248,000 bases of DNA from the NCBI RefSeq assembly GCF_000737315.1, contig NZ_JMCB01000002.1, positions 268,001-516,000 on the forward strand, given 5' to 3'. This document shows positions 43,844-54,667 of this stretch, in pieces (the stretch's first letter is position 1; each line of letters opens with the position of its first letter). The notes beneath the pieces were generated by a model. The model ran no database searches. It had not been told where the DNA came from and saw nothing but the letters and a program-made list of their open reading frames with translations. Origin of the DNA: Hyalangium minutum. Its GTDB lineage: Bacteria > Myxococcota > Myxococcia > Myxococcales > Myxococcaceae. The translations under genes and the position numbers were made by a program.

Positions 43844-44099
43844 GGGGGCCTCTCTTAGCGGAATGTACCTGAGAGCTCACCAGGAACGGGCACCTGGGAG
43901 AGACATCGGGTCGAGCGCTGTTTCCGTAAGACTGCTCAGCACGACACTCCCAGAGTGGGCTTGGCGGAGTTCCGTGGGAGCCCGGACACTTTCATTCCGA
44001 TTGAGGCGGGCGTGGCCCGGCTGTCGCTGCGGGCGAGCGGACTGCGGCCGGCCGCCGGATAGTTGCCGAACAACGCGCGCCGTGCCGTATCATCGGCGC

Positions 44100-44540
44100 G
44101 TGACGACGCGGCGCACACTCACCGACCTGATGGACGAGGTGTCCCGCCGCAACCGCGACTGGTCATCGCCGCAGGACCTCGGCTTCGATCGCGCGACGGT
44201 CGCGGCCGCCTGGCTAGCGAGCGAAGATCCTCTAGCGATGCTGCTCCTGCTCGCCGCGCTGCATCCCCGACGCGACAAGGAGAAGTGCCTCGAGCTGGCG
44301 ACCGAGATGTCGTTCTTCGAGCCCATGCGGGTCGAAGCACACACGATGAGTCGCCTCTACGGCGGCGGCGTGAACTTCAATGGTCCGAGTCCGTTCTACT
44401 TCATTCGGCTCTGCCAGCGGCTGCGCACCGCCTTACCGTGGATCGAGGACACCAAGCGGTCGCAGCTCGAGCCCGAGCTCGCCGCGGCGATCCGCGTCGT
44501 CGTCCACGATCCGTTCACGCTCGTCGGGCCCGCCGCATAG
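44100..44540 (+). CDS. Hypothetical protein
   Basis: Open frame with protein-like composition. Confidence 0.5.
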   Translation: MTTRRTLTDLMDEVSRRNRDWSSPQDLGFDRATVAAAWLASEDPLAMLLLLAALHPRRDKEKCLELATEMSFFEPMRVEAHTMSRLYGGGVNFNGPSPFYFIRLCQRLRTALPWIEDTKRSQLEPELAAAIRVVVHDPFTLVGPAA

Positions 44541-44773
44541 GGCCCGGGACCGCGGTTGGATGGGGCCGGGTTGCTGCGCAGCAGCTTCGCGCTAGGAGCA
44601 TCCTCTATTCTATGCTCCAGACCGAAGGACTTCGAGCCCAGGCCGCTGCGCAAGTGAAGGCGGCTTCCTGAATGACTTCAACTTGCTGGAGCGGCTGGCG
44701 ACCCAGTCCTTTCCCGAGGGCGGCTTCCATAAGAGGGGGCCGGTGGTGCCGCGCTAGACCTATGCGTGGCTGA

Positions 44774-45988
44774 CTACGCCGTGGCAGGAGGGGCCGGCTC
44801 CACCGGTGCTGAGCTGGCCGCCTCCGTGGCCGCGCGCTGGAGCGGCCTTCGATTCGACAGGTGGGAGGCAACGGCGATGAGCGGCACCACGCCAGCGCCC
44901 ACGAAGGGAATCATCTGCAACAGCGAGAATGCCAGCAGCACGCCGACGCGAACCGCGCGCGCCACGAGCCGGTGCTTCCATCGCCCGTGCGCGGCCACCG
45001 CGTTGGCGCTGGAGAGGCGCAGCACGCACAGCCCTGCCACCAGCCCGATGATCGGCACCGCGCCGATGAGCGCGAGGAGGGGCAGAATCCGCAGCAGCGC
45101 GCGATCCGCTGCCCGGAGGAACAGCCGGATGTCGTCCGGGGCCGGGAAGGCCTTGGCGCCGCACCGCGCACAGCACGCCTGAGGCCCGCCCGCCGCGAGT
45201 GGCTCGGCGCATGCGCGGCAGCGGCAGCGGGCGAGCAGCGTGAAGACGTGGGCTTGCATGTCCACGGCGGGTCTGCGCGAGGTGCGGCCAATCACATCCA
45301 GCGCACTCGGCTCGCGAGGCGCACCACAACCTGGACAGCGCTGCGCCGCGCGATGCGTTGATGTGGCACAAGCAGGGCATGCCATGCGCTCCGACTCCTC
45401 CCGAGCACGGAGGAGGAAATACGCGCTGGCTATCAGCCCGGCTGCTGGCAGCACGGCGAAGGCCGCAGCCACCGGCGCGAAGGCGCACAGCGCCATCCCA
45501 CCGATGACGAAGAGCGTCTCTCCCGCCTCCAGCACCAAGAGGACGCCCAGCTCATCCGCGCCAGGGATGGCTTCCAGCCCCTGGCGGATCCGCGTGTGTG
45601 CCCGCGAGTACGCGAGCGTCAGTGCACCCATCGCGCCCACCACCACTCCTCCGAGGAGGAGCGCCGAGGTATGGCGCTCGGAAGAGGAGGCGAAAGCCCC
45701 CACCCGGTAGCCCGCGAAAACCATTCCGGACACCGTGGCTGTCGCGACGGCAGCGTGCCAGCGCCACGGGCTCAGGCGCGGCCACACCGCTTCGATGTGG
45801 CCCCACACGAAACGCTGCGCCGCCCAGACAACCAAGAGGGTTCCAATCACTCCTCCCGCTGCCAGAACGGGGGCGCCGTGGACACCCGCGCCCGGCTCGA
45901 ACGCGCCAAAAGCTACGAGCAGAAGGGCGGCGGCGGAGGCCACCAGGGGACGGCTCCCGAAGTACGGCACAGCGCATAGGATCGCCAT
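44774..45988 (-). CDS. Membrane protein with double zinc-ribbon
   Basis: TM helices; CPAC...CPGC and CRAC...CARC. Confidence 0.6.
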   Translation of the reverse strand: MAILCAVPYFGSRPLVASAAALLLVAFGAFEPGAGVHGAPVLAAGGVIGTLLVVWAAQRFVWGHIEAVWPRLSPWRWHAAVATATVSGMVFAGYRVGAFASSSERHTSALLLGGVVVGAMGALTLAYSRAHTRIRQGLEAIPGADELGVLLVLEAGETLFVIGGMALCAFAPVAAAFAVLPAAGLIASAYFLLRAREESERMACPACATSTHRAAQRCPGCGAPREPSALDVIGRTSRRPAVDMQAHVFTLLARCRCRACAEPLAAGGPQACCARCGAKAFPAPDDIRLFLRAADRALLRILPLLALIGAVPIIGLVAGLCVLRLSSANAVAAHGRWKHRLVARAVRVGVLLAFSLLQMIPFVGAGVVPLIAVASHLSNRRPLQRAATEAASSAPVEPAPPATA

Positions 45989-46123
45989 GTAACCTCCCAC
46001 GCTTTCTCCTCTTGCTTGGCCGCCGGTCGACAGCGCGGCGCCCACTTTCGAGCGCCGCGCGACCAAGGGTCAAGGAATGGAGTGCAGCCGTGGAGTCCCG
46101 CGTCCCTTGAGCTTCCAAAGGGT

Positions 46124-46139
46124 TGTGACGCGCGTCACA
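46124..46139. promoter_or_regulatory. CRP/FNR-type operator
   Basis: Perfect TGTGA-N6-TCACA between divergent genes. Confidence 0.45.
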
Positions 46140-46237
46140 GAAGGCGCGTGAGCCGCTTCACGGAAACGCGAGGCCAGGACGCGCAGTCTTGCAGCCAAAG
46201 AACGGGCCTCCCGCCCTTTCTCCTGCAAGGAACCCGC

Positions 46238-48490
46238 ATGTCCCCCGTCCGTCTCTTCGTTCTCCTTCCGTTGATGCTCACGTGGCTCGTGGGCTGTCAC
46301 TCGGCGCAGCCCGCCGAGGCTTCCGCCACCGGCTCAGTGCGTCTGGCCGCCTCCACGCGCCAGGCTCTCTCCGCCAACGCCATCTCCCGCGTCACCGTCA
46401 CTTCTTCCGCGGCGGACATGCCCTCCATCACCGTCGAGCTGGCCCAGACCGACGGGGTGTGGGGCGGCATGATCGGCAACATCCCCGCGGGCCTCGAGCG
46501 CATCTTCCAGGCCCAGGCCTTCGACGCCGGAGGCGCTCTGCTGTACGAGGGGCAGGCCGAGCACGTCACGGTGGTGGCGGGCCAGGTGACGCTCGTCACG
46601 CTCACCCTTCAGGACGTCTCCGCCCCCGAGCCCTACGAGAATGAGGCACCCCTCATCGACTCGGTGGTGGCCGCGCCGCTGGTGGTGGCGCCGGGCGGCA
46701 CTGTGACGCTGGCGGGGAGCGCCCACGATCTCAACCCGGGTGACACGCTGGCCTACGCGTGGACGGCCAGCGCGGGAAGCTTCGCGGCGCCCTCGGATGC
46801 CAGCACCACGTGGAGCGCTCCGGCGGACAACGGCCCGGTGACGCTGGCGCTCACGGTGAGCGACGCGCGCGGCGCGGCCTCCTCGGTGTCGCTCGTGGTG
46901 AACGTCTCGGCTGGCGAGGGTGGGGCGGTGCTGGACGTGCGCTTCAACAGCCGTCCGGCGGTGATGGGCTTCACCTCCTCGGAGTCGCAGCTCGAGGTGG
47001 GGGAGAGCACCCTGCTCACGGTGTCGGCGGCGGACCTGGATGGGGACGCGCTGAGCTACCAGTGGAGCGCTTCGTGCGCGGGCAGCCTGCAGGAGCTCGG
47101 CCTGGGCGTCGCGAGCTTCACGCCCAGCGCTCTGCCCGCCGCGGCGTGCAACAACTGCCAGCTGAGCGTCAGTGTCTCCGACGGACGCGGCGGCCAGACG
47201 AGCGCGACGCTCGCGCTCTGCGTGACCGAGCCCACAGTCCACGCCCTGCCTCCTCGCGTGATCCGCTCCTACCAGTCGAGCCTCACGGCCCGCGCGAACC
47301 AGCAGCTCATCTTCGAGGTCGTGGCCAGTGATCCGCAGGGGAGCGCGCTGAGCTTCCAGTGGGGTGCCGCGAGTGGCGTGTTCGGCGCTTCCACGGACTC
47401 GGCCACCAGCAGCCGGGTGGCCTGGACCGCGCCGGCCTGCATCAACGACAGCTCTCAGGGCTCGCTGAGCGTCACCCTCACCAACGCCGCGAACCTGACG
47501 GCCGTCCAGACCTTCTCCGTGACGGGGCTGCCGACTTGCACGTCCAACGGGAGCTGGGTGCCCGTGGGCGCCATGGTGGAGCCGCGGCTCGGGCACCAGG
47601 CGGAGGTGCTGCCCTCGGGCAAGGTGCTCGTCATGGGCGGCAATGGGCCGGGCGGCGACAAGGCCACGGCCGAGATTTATGACCCTGTCTCCCAGACTTG
47701 GGCGGCCACCGGCTCCATGAGCCAGACCCGGAGCTACTTCAGCGCAGTGTCGCTGCCCTCGGGGCAGGTGCTGGTCTCTGGAGGCGAGCAGGGCTGGAAC
47801 AGCTACGACACGGCCGAGCTGTATGATCCGTCCACGGGGAGCTGGTCGCCGACCCCCCGCATGAATGTGCCGCGCAAGGGCCACACCCTGACGGTGTTGC
47901 CCTCGGGCAAGGTGCTCGCCGCCGGAGGCACCACCGCGACGGCGGAGTTGTATGATCCGGCGAGCGGCACCTGGACGCTCACCGGCTCCATGAGCATGTC
48001 CCGCTACGGGCACACGGCCGTGCTGCTGTCCTCGGGCAAGGTGCTCGTCATGGGCGGCTGGAGCGCGACGGCGGAGCTGTACAATCCGGAGACCGGCACC
48101 TGGACGGCTACCGGCTCTCTGAACATCCCCCGGAACCCGGGGCACACTGCCACGCTGCTCCCTTCGGGCAAGGTGCTCGTCGCGAGCGGCAACGCCGATG
48201 GTGGCACGGTGGCGGAGCTGTACGATCCGGCGACCGGCACCTGGACGGCCGCGGGCTCTGCGCTGAATGCGCATGCCGGGGCCACGGCCACGCTGCTCCC
48301 TTCGGGCAAGGTGCTTGTCGTGGGCGGCAACCTCGATAACAGCGCGGCGGCGGTGCTGTACGATGTTGCCTCTGGGACGTGGGCTCCTGTCGCCTCGATG
48401 GGACCGGCTCAGTACAGGCACACCGCGACGCTGCTGTCGTCCGGCAAGGTGCTCTTCACCAGCCGCTCCACGGTGCTCTACCAGCCCTGA
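46238..48490 (+). CDS. Ig-like plus Kelch-repeat lipoprotein
   Basis: Lipobox LVGC; repeated AELYDP..GTW..TGS.. HTAT.L.SGKVLV. Confidence 0.85.
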   Translation: MSPVRLFVLLPLMLTWLVGCHSAQPAEASATGSVRLAASTRQALSANAISRVTVTSSAADMPSITVELAQTDGVWGGMIGNIPAGLERIFQAQAFDAGGALLYEGQAEHVTVVAGQVTLVTLTLQDVSAPEPYENEAPLIDSVVAAPLVVAPGGTVTLAGSAHDLNPGDTLAYAWTASAGSFAAPSDASTTWSAPADNGPVTLALTVSDARGAASSVSLVVNVSAGEGGAVLDVRFNSRPAVMGFTSSESQLEVGESTLLTVSAADLDGDALSYQWSASCAGSLQELGLGVASFTPSALPAAACNNCQLSVSVSDGRGGQTSATLALCVTEPTVHALPPRVIRSYQSSLTARANQQLIFEVVASDPQGSALSFQWGAASGVFGASTDSATSSRVAWTAPACINDSSQGSLSVTLTNAANLTAVQTFSVTGLPTCTSNGSWVPVGAMVEPRLGHQAEVLPSGKVLVMGGNGPGGDKATAEIYDPVSQTWAATGSMSQTRSYFSAVSLPSGQVLVSGGEQGWNSYDTAELYDPSTGSWSPTPRMNVPRKGHTLTVLPSGKVLAAGGTTATAELYDPASGTWTLTGSMSMSRYGHTAVLLSSGKVLVMGGWSATAELYNPETGTWTATGSLNIPRNPGHTATLLPSGKVLVASGNADGGTVAELYDPATGTWTAAGSALNAHAGATATLLPSGKVLVVGGNLDNSAAAVLYDVASGTWAPVASMGPAQYRHTATLLSSGKVLFTSRSTVLYQP

Positions 48491-48803
48491 GCGTCTGGCT
48501 GACTCGCTGGGCCTGAGCAAACCCTTCCACGGGTGGTTCAGTCCCAGGATCCACTGCCAGTAGTCCGCTCACTCACTGTTCCCTCAAGCAGGTGCGGAGC
48601 CTGGGCTTACGGAGGAGAGCCCCGCCTTCTCGGTCCCTCTGCACCAGCCCTCACCCTCAGCACAGCTCCTATCTGTCTTAGAACCTGGAATCTGTAGAGC
48701 CAGCGCGTGTCCAGGCTCGCATGCTGGCTCGGTAGAAGCCCGCCAGGATGGCGGCCCCGCAGCCCTTGGCGTTCAGCGCCCCGGCAGAAGGAAGGCGACC
48801 CAC

Positions 48804-48914
48804 CGCCGGACCATCTGGCGCGGCGTGGTGGGGCTGCCCAAAGGTGGACGGGAACGAACGGTGGATCTCCCCGCGTCGGCAGTGGAGGCACTCAAGGGAC
48901 ACCGCCACCAGCTA
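48804..48914 (+). pseudogene. Internal fragment of a tyrosine recombinase (phage integrase family)
   Basis: Frame reads RRTIWRGVVGLPKGGRERTVDLPASAVEALKGHRH, containing the catalytic-Lys PK..R.R.V segment; no start and no catalytic Tyr region. Confidence 0.6.
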
Positions 48915-48961
48915 GAGACGCCAGAGGGGCACACTGAGGTCACATGAAGGAAACGAGGACA

Positions 48962-49000
48962 AAGAAAAACTCAGCAACCCGTTAAGATTGCTGGGCTTCT
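48962..49000 (-). terminator. Rho-independent terminator-like hairpin
   Basis: On minus strand cagcaa-N10-ttgctg followed by agtttttcttt. Confidence 0.5.
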
Positions 49001-49005
49001 CGGGA

Positions 49006-49030
49006 TGGAGGCGGCGGGAATCGAACCCGC
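49006..49030 (-). mobile_element. att-like copy of tmRNA/tRNA 3' end
   Basis: Reverse complement GCGGGTTCGATTCCCGCCGCCTCCA = T-arm plus acceptor 3' strand; remainder of the RNA gene absent. Confidence 0.65.
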
Positions 49031-49061
49031 CGCCGAGCGAGAACACAACCTGTGCATCAGG

Positions 49062-51350
49062 TTACGGCGTGGGGCCGCCGAGGAGCGACGCCAGGCGCTG
49101 CGCGAGCCGCGTGCGGGCCGCTTGAACCTGCGCATCCGTCTTCGCCGTGTCGTAGGGCGCCGGGAAGAGGCTTCGCGCGATGTCCTGCGCCTCGGTGCCG
49201 TAGCCCAGCCGGCGCAGCTGCTCGAGGTACTCGTAGTCCTCGTAACCATCGCGCACGTTCTTCATCCGAACCGACTCGATGGGGATGGGGTCCGTGCCTC
49301 CAATGCGGGCCACCGTCCCGGCGTACATCATGTTCCCGTCGCCGTTGCCCGTCGCGTAGTACTGGTCGTCCCAGGCATGGGGCAGGAGCATGGCCATGTC
49401 GTAGTAGAGCGTCCCCGTCAGCCGGTAGCGGAACGCCAGCCACGCCATGGCCCGGCTCTCCGAGGCGGGCGCATCAATCTCGAGCCCCGCCCAGCCGTTC
49501 GTATACGGTTTGTCATTTTCCACGCAGCCGTGGCTTCCGCAGGCGGCGTACATCCAGAGCTCCTTGGGCCGTCCCCCCGAGTTCTGGAGGAACGAGTCAT
49601 AGAGCGGTCGCTGGTCACCCGCGAACCAGGGACCACCGGCCGGCCCGTCCAGCAGCTCGACGTTGACGACCATGATGTCGGTCTTCTCCGTGCCCCCGTT
49701 CTCCTGTGCGCTCTGGATATGGGCGGTCACCATCCGGGGCGCTGCGGGCCAGGCCCTCTCGGCCTGCGCGAGGTAGTCCTTGCAGATCAACCAGTTGTTG
49801 TGGTCGTCGCCATACTTCGGGAAGAAGTGCGGCTCGTCGCACCCGTAGATGAAGGCGATGTTCTCGAACCCGTTCAGCCGCGCCTCTTCCTTCCACGCGC
49901 CCACGTCGTAGTTCTTGTGCATGTTCACCTGGTACGTGGTGAGCCGGGCGCCAGGGAGGCGAGTGGGCGCGGTGCCCTTGATGAAGGGCAGGGTATAGGT
50001 CCGGAACTCCTGGATGCCGGTGGTGCTGCCCGTCCGCAGGTTGGTGGCGTGCGCGCGCGCCGTGGTGATGCGGTTGTCGAGCGCCGAGCGAACGAACAGT
50101 TGCTTGGCCTTGGCGCGGGCGACGAGGTCGGTCTCACAGTTGGGCGTTCCGAGCTGGCACTCCATGCCCGGCGTGAAGCCGAACGAGCTCTTGAGCGTCG
50201 TGGTGGAGGGGAGCGTGAAGTTGAGCACCTTCAGCTCGACAGGGATGTTCTGCGACAGGTTCTCGGCCGTGAGCTGGAGGGTTCCCCGGTACACGCCCGC
50301 GGCGGCGTCGATGGGGACCAGCACGTCGACCCAGAGGGTCCGGTTCTCACCCGCGGGCACATCGACAGGGAACGCGTTTCGCGTCTGGCCCAGCAGCGGG
50401 TCGACCGCGGGGATGAGCGGATCCGGCCAGCGCCCCGTCGCCCCTTCCAGGTCAGACGGGGTGCGGACGTTGTAGTAGCCCTCGCGATACACGGTCACGT
50501 TCCGGCTCGGGATGACGGCGCCGTTAGGGCCGGTGAGCGGCCCGGAGAAGGACGCGCGAAGCCCGCGCAGCGGCGCGCTCGGTGCCTTGACGACGACCTG
50601 GAACGACTCGAACTCGTTGCGAGCCGCGAAGATGGCAGCACGGGACGGGCCCTCAGGCATCTCTTGGGGACGCACCTTCACCGCCGAGCCGAGCACGACG
50701 TAGTTCGAAGGCATGCCCACCTCTACGTAGGCGGCCCGGATGTTGGCATCGGGGCCACCGAGGCTGCGGAAGCGCAGGCGCAGGTCATCCAGCTCCAGCC
50801 GCTGGCCGACTTTGAAGCGGACCGACCGCCAGCCGAACCCCGCCGTCGCGGGGACGAGGACACTGGCGCGCACCTGGCTGCCCGTGACGGCCTCCACGCG
50901 CACCTGCGTCCCAGCGCCGGTGTTGCCGTAGAACCAGGCAGTCACCTCTCCCGGATCGCCGCGGTACATGGACGGGTTCTGCAGGCTCACCTCGGTGACC
51001 TGATCCGCTCCGCCCGCCCAGAGATAATCGTTGTCAGCAGAGACGGCGGCCGGCTGCGTGACCGGCTCGTCGAGCTTCTCCCAGGCGCTGCCCGTGTCGC
51101 CGGTGCGCCATCCGGACTGGACGGTGCCATCCGGGCGGAGGGCCTGACTGGTGACCAGCGCCTCCTGGACCATTCCTGGCTGTTCGGTATCGGCTGTCAC
51201 CGGGGCAGAGGGTTGTTCGGCGTCACCTGCCCCCGGGTCGAGCGGCGGTGAGCCGTCGCCTGCCATCGGGTCGAAGCCCTCGCCACACGACGTCAGCAGC
51301 AGTAAGGCAGTCACAACAGAGAGTGAGAGGGCGCCGAGCCGGCTCCGCAT
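49062..51350 (-). CDS. DUF4091 / GH123-like lipoprotein
   Basis: Lipobox LTSC; AARNEFESFQVV; C-terminal GDG.MMY...S.R...RDGYEDYEY. Confidence 0.75.
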   Translation of the reverse strand: MRSRLGALSLSVVTALLLLTSCGEGFDPMAGDGSPPLDPGAGDAEQPSAPVTADTEQPGMVQEALVTSQALRPDGTVQSGWRTGDTGSAWEKLDEPVTQPAAVSADNDYLWAGGADQVTEVSLQNPSMYRGDPGEVTAWFYGNTGAGTQVRVEAVTGSQVRASVLVPATAGFGWRSVRFKVGQRLELDDLRLRFRSLGGPDANIRAAYVEVGMPSNYVVLGSAVKVRPQEMPEGPSRAAIFAARNEFESFQVVVKAPSAPLRGLRASFSGPLTGPNGAVIPSRNVTVYREGYYNVRTPSDLEGATGRWPDPLIPAVDPLLGQTRNAFPVDVPAGENRTLWVDVLVPIDAAAGVYRGTLQLTAENLSQNIPVELKVLNFTLPSTTTLKSSFGFTPGMECQLGTPNCETDLVARAKAKQLFVRSALDNRITTARAHATNLRTGSTTGIQEFRTYTLPFIKGTAPTRLPGARLTTYQVNMHKNYDVGAWKEEARLNGFENIAFIYGCDEPHFFPKYGDDHNNWLICKDYLAQAERAWPAAPRMVTAHIQSAQENGGTEKTDIMVVNVELLDGPAGGPWFAGDQRPLYDSFLQNSGGRPKELWMYAACGSHGCVENDKPYTNGWAGLEIDAPASESRAMAWLAFRYRLTGTLYYDMAMLLPHAWDDQYYATGNGDGNMMYAGTVARIGGTDPIPIESVRMKNVRDGYEDYEYLEQLRRLGYGTEAQDIARSLFPAPYDTAKTDAQVQAARTRLAQRLASLLGGPTP

Positions 51351-51523
51351 GCAGTCTGATCCTTTGCGCTTTGTATGTGTGTGCTGCCGAACACCTCCCT
51401 TTGCGCGGTGTATTTCCCCGGCGGCTGCTGGCTGGGATTGCGGGTGGGCAACGCCTCATGAGCGCGCTTGGCGCGAGGCGGTACGACCGGCTGTTCGCTC
51501 GATGGGTGAGCGATCAACCTCAG

Positions 51524-52204
51524 TCAGGGCTCGGCCCACTGCCTGAGCAGGTTGTGGTAGATGCCCGTCAGCATGACCAGGGAGGGGCTCTTGGGCACCT
51601 CCCGGGTGAGCTGCATGATCGACGTGTCGAGGTCGAAGAGCAGCGCTCGCTTGCTCACATCGCGAATCATGCTCTGCACCCAGAAGAAGGAGGCCAGCCG
51701 CACTCCTCGCGTCACGGGCGTGACGTGGTGCAGGCTGGAGGCGGGGTAGATGATGAGATCCCCCGCCGGCAGCTTCACCGAGTGGCTGCCATACGTGTCC
51801 TCCACGACGAGCTCTCCCCCGTCGTAGCTCTCCGGGTCGGAGAGGAAGAGCGTCGCCGAGACGTCCGTGCGCAAGCGCAGCGGCGTCCCGGTGATCGGAC
51901 GGATGGCATTGTCCACGTGCGAGCCGAAGTTCATCCCCGGCTCGTAGCGGTTGAACAGCGGCGGGAAGACCCGCTGCGGCAACACCGCCGAGATGAACAG
52001 GGGGCTGCGCTCGAGCGCCCCCAGCACCAGATCCCCCAGCATCCGCGCCGCCGGGCTGTTCTCCGGAAGCTGCAGGTTCTTCTTCACCTGTGCTGACTGG
52101 TGGCCGGCCGTGCTGCGGCCGTCCTCCCAGTCAGCTCGGGCGAAGGTCTCCCGGCAGTGGGTCACCTGCTCGGCGGTGAGGACGTGGGGGATGTGCACCA
52201 ACAT
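51524..52204 (-). CDS. piuC: PKHD-type Fe(II)/2OG hydroxylase
   Basis: [30 protein letters not shown]. Confidence 0.9.
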   Translation of the reverse strand: MLVHIPHVLTAEQVTHCRETFARADWEDGRSTAGHQSAQVKKNLQLPENSPAARMLGDLVLGALERSPLFISAVLPQRVFPPLFNRYEPGMNFGSHVDNAIRPITGTPLRLRTDVSATLFLSDPESYDGGELVVEDTYGSHSVKLPAGDLIIYPASSLHHVTPVTRGVRLASFFWVQSMIRDVSKRALLFDLDTSIMQLTREVPKSPSLVMLTGIYHNLLRQWAEP

Positions 52205-52206
52205 GG

Positions 52207-54555
52207 CTAGAACCGGTACTTGCCGGACACGCTGACCGTGCGGCCCTCCGCCGGAACCGCGTGCCCTGCGTAGTACTGCGAATAGTAGAGCGCGTTCGTC
52301 AGGTTGTTGAGGTTGAGCTGCACCTCTACCTTGCCCCAGTGGTAGCCCGCCACCGCGTCGAAGCGCCAGTAGTTGGGCACCTTGAGGAAAGCGACCGTCG
52401 CGGAGGCCGGGTTGTTGACCGTCGTCACGCTCTGATAGATGGCGCCGCCTCCCAACGTGAGGTTCTCGATGACCTCGTAGGTCGTCCAGAGCGAGAGGCT
52501 GTTCTTCGGAGTGTTCGGCAGCGGCTGGCCTTCCAGGTAGTCATTGCTGTGCTCCAGGATGGCCGAGTAGATGTGCGTGAAGTTCGCGAACAGCCGCAGG
52601 CGCTCGGTCACGGTGCCGGCCACGCCCACGTTGTAGCCCTCCGCGCGCTGCCGGCCCGCCAGGATCTGCGGAGGCCCGCTCGGATCCGTGTTCGGCACGC
52701 GCGCATTCCTCTTGTCGATGCGGAACACCGCCGCGCTCAGCCCCAGCCGGTCCTCCAGGAGGTCAGCCTTGGCGCCCGCTTCGATGATCCGGTTCTTCTC
52801 GGGCTCGAGGCTCTCGGTGGCTGCATCGAGCGTCCCGGCCTCCGCGGACGGATTGGCGGAGGTGCCATACATGGCATAGACGCTCGTCTTCTCCAGCGGG
52901 TGCAGCACGAGCCCCGCGCGCCAGTTGAGGAAGGTGTCCTTGTTCTCCAGGTGGGTGACGGCTCCCGCGTTGTTCGTCGAGGCGTAGTCCGTGCTGAAGA
53001 TGTCGTAGCGCAGTGAGCCGACGAGCTCGAGGTATTGGGTGATGCCGAGCTGCTCCGACGCATAGAACGCCAACGTGCGCTGGATGCCCGCGTTGCTGGT
53101 GGAGAAGACTCGGTCGACCGAGGAAAGGTCCGGCGTGGGGTTCGGATCAAACAGATCCGCGGGCAGGTTCGTGCCCGAGGGAAGGCCTTGCGCCAACAGA
53201 TTGTAGCGGCGCTGTTCCCGCGTCTCCCGGGACCACTCGAGCCCGATGTTCGCCGTGTGCTTGGCGATACCGGTCTCGAACTCTCCGCGCAGATCCAACT
53301 GGTCCACCAGATAGGTGTTGTCCGTCGCGGTCTCGAAGCGCTGCCGTCCAATCGTGGTGGGAGCCCCGGCGGGCGTCAGGCCGCGCGGCGCCGTGGGCCG
53401 GGCGAACCGATCCACGCCGCCGTAGCGCAGCGTGTTCGTCAGGCTTAGGGCGGGGCTGAACTGGTGCTGGATACGGCCCGTGGCGATGTGGGCGTTGACC
53501 CGCTCCGTGTCCGAGTCCTGCACGCCGTAGAACGTCTCTCGGGGGACTTCCAGGGTGTTCGAGACCGGGTAGCCGTTGAAGTAGGGCTCACCGTAGTCCG
53601 GGACACTGTCCTCTCGCTGGTAGAGGTAGTCGAACTCGAGCGAGGTGCGCTCCGCCAGCGCGAAGCGCAGCGAGGGGGCGATGCCCGCGCGGTTGGCCTT
53701 CACCACGTCGCGGTCCGCCACATCCGCCAGCTGCCCCGTCGCGTTGATGCGGACCTGGAAGCGCTCGGAGACCGCCTCGTTCACGTCCAGCGCCAGCCGC
53801 CCCGACGGCGCCGTGCCCGCCGTGAGCGACAGTTCCTGGAAGGACCTGCGCTGAGGCTTCTTCGTGGCGAGGTTGATGGCCCCTCCCGTCGAGCCTCGGC
53901 CGAAGAGCACGGCGGAGGGCCCGAAGTAGACCTCCACTCCCCCCAGGTTGAAGGTGTCTCGCGTGTACCAGCCGATATCGCGCACGCCGTCGCGGCTCAC
54001 GTCCGTCTGCGCCGAGAAGCCGCGGAGGATGAAGGAGTCTCCCTGCCGGCCGCCCTCGCCCGCGCTGACCGTGATTCCCGAGACGTTGCGCAAGGCCTCG
54101 CGAACCGTCGTCGCCTTCTGCTCCTCGAGCACCTTCTCCGGGACCACCGTGACGCTCTGAGGCGTGTTGATCAGCGGCGTGGGCAGGCGCGTGAGGTTGC
54201 TCTCCTCGACGCGGTAGGTCTCGGCCTCGCCCTGCACCTGGACCGTCGGCAGCACGAACTGGCCCTCGGTCCCCGCCGAATCCTGGGGCGCTGCAGCGGG
54301 AGCCGCCGTCGCTGGCGCCTCGGGCTGGGGCTGCGCGGGGAGTCCCGCCGGCTGCGGTGGAGGCGTGGAGGGACGCTCCTCGGTCACGGGCGGCGCGGCA
54401 GGTGCCGCGGCCTCCTGGGCGAGCGCTCCAGGGGTGATCAGCGCGGACGCCAGTCCGACGGCCGCAGGCCCCCAGGGACGCACCACCCCGCGCAAGCCTC
54501 CCGCGGTGCCCTTCGTCGAGCGAATGCCCGTGCCACCCTTCTTTGACGCTCCCAC
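52207..54555 (-). CDS. TonB-dependent siderophore receptor (Fiu/PiuA-like)
   Basis: [18 protein letters not shown]-terminal YRF. Confidence 0.9.
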   Translation of the reverse strand: MGASKKGGTGIRSTKGTAGGLRGVVRPWGPAAVGLASALITPGALAQEAAAPAAPPVTEERPSTPPPQPAGLPAQPQPEAPATAAPAAAPQDSAGTEGQFVLPTVQVQGEAETYRVEESNLTRLPTPLINTPQSVTVVPEKVLEEQKATTVREALRNVSGITVSAGEGGRQGDSFILRGFSAQTDVSRDGVRDIGWYTRDTFNLGGVEVYFGPSAVLFGRGSTGGAINLATKKPQRRSFQELSLTAGTAPSGRLALDVNEAVSERFQVRINATGQLADVADRDVVKANRAGIAPSLRFALAERTSLEFDYLYQREDSVPDYGEPYFNGYPVSNTLEVPRETFYGVQDSDTERVNAHIATGRIQHQFSPALSLTNTLRYGGVDRFARPTAPRGLTPAGAPTTIGRQRFETATDNTYLVDQLDLRGEFETGIAKHTANIGLEWSRETREQRRYNLLAQGLPSGTNLPADLFDPNPTPDLSSVDRVFSTSNAGIQRTLAFYASEQLGITQYLELVGSLRYDIFSTDYASTNNAGAVTHLENKDTFLNWRAGLVLHPLEKTSVYAMYGTSANPSAEAGTLDAATESLEPEKNRIIEAGAKADLLEDRLGLSAAVFRIDKRNARVPNTDPSGPPQILAGRQRAEGYNVGVAGTVTERLRLFANFTHIYSAILEHSNDYLEGQPLPNTPKNSLSLWTTYEVIENLTLGGGAIYQSVTTVNNPASATVAFLKVPNYWRFDAVAGYHWGKVEVQLNLNNLTNALYYSQYYAGHAVPAEGRTVSVSGKYRF

Positions 54556-54579
54556 GTTTACCCCGCTGTTGGCGTTAAT

Positions 54580-54598
54580 TGTGATTTTGATTCTCAGT
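54580..54598. promoter_or_regulatory. Fur-box-like site
   Basis: AT-rich; reverse complement ACTGAGAATCAAAATCACA, 13/19 to AATGATAATCATTATCATT; upstream of receptor. Confidence 0.45.
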
Positions 54599-54667
54599 TG
54601 CAAGAAACGGCCGGAGGCTGTCCAGCTCCTGCTTCAAGAAGAGGCGGAGGCGGGTTCAGCTCCTGCT

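Noticed and set aside
49006-49030. tRNA or tmRNA gene
   Set aside because: Only the T-arm and 3' acceptor strand are present; no D-arm, anticodon arm, 5' strand or tag ORF. Treated as an att-like fragment.
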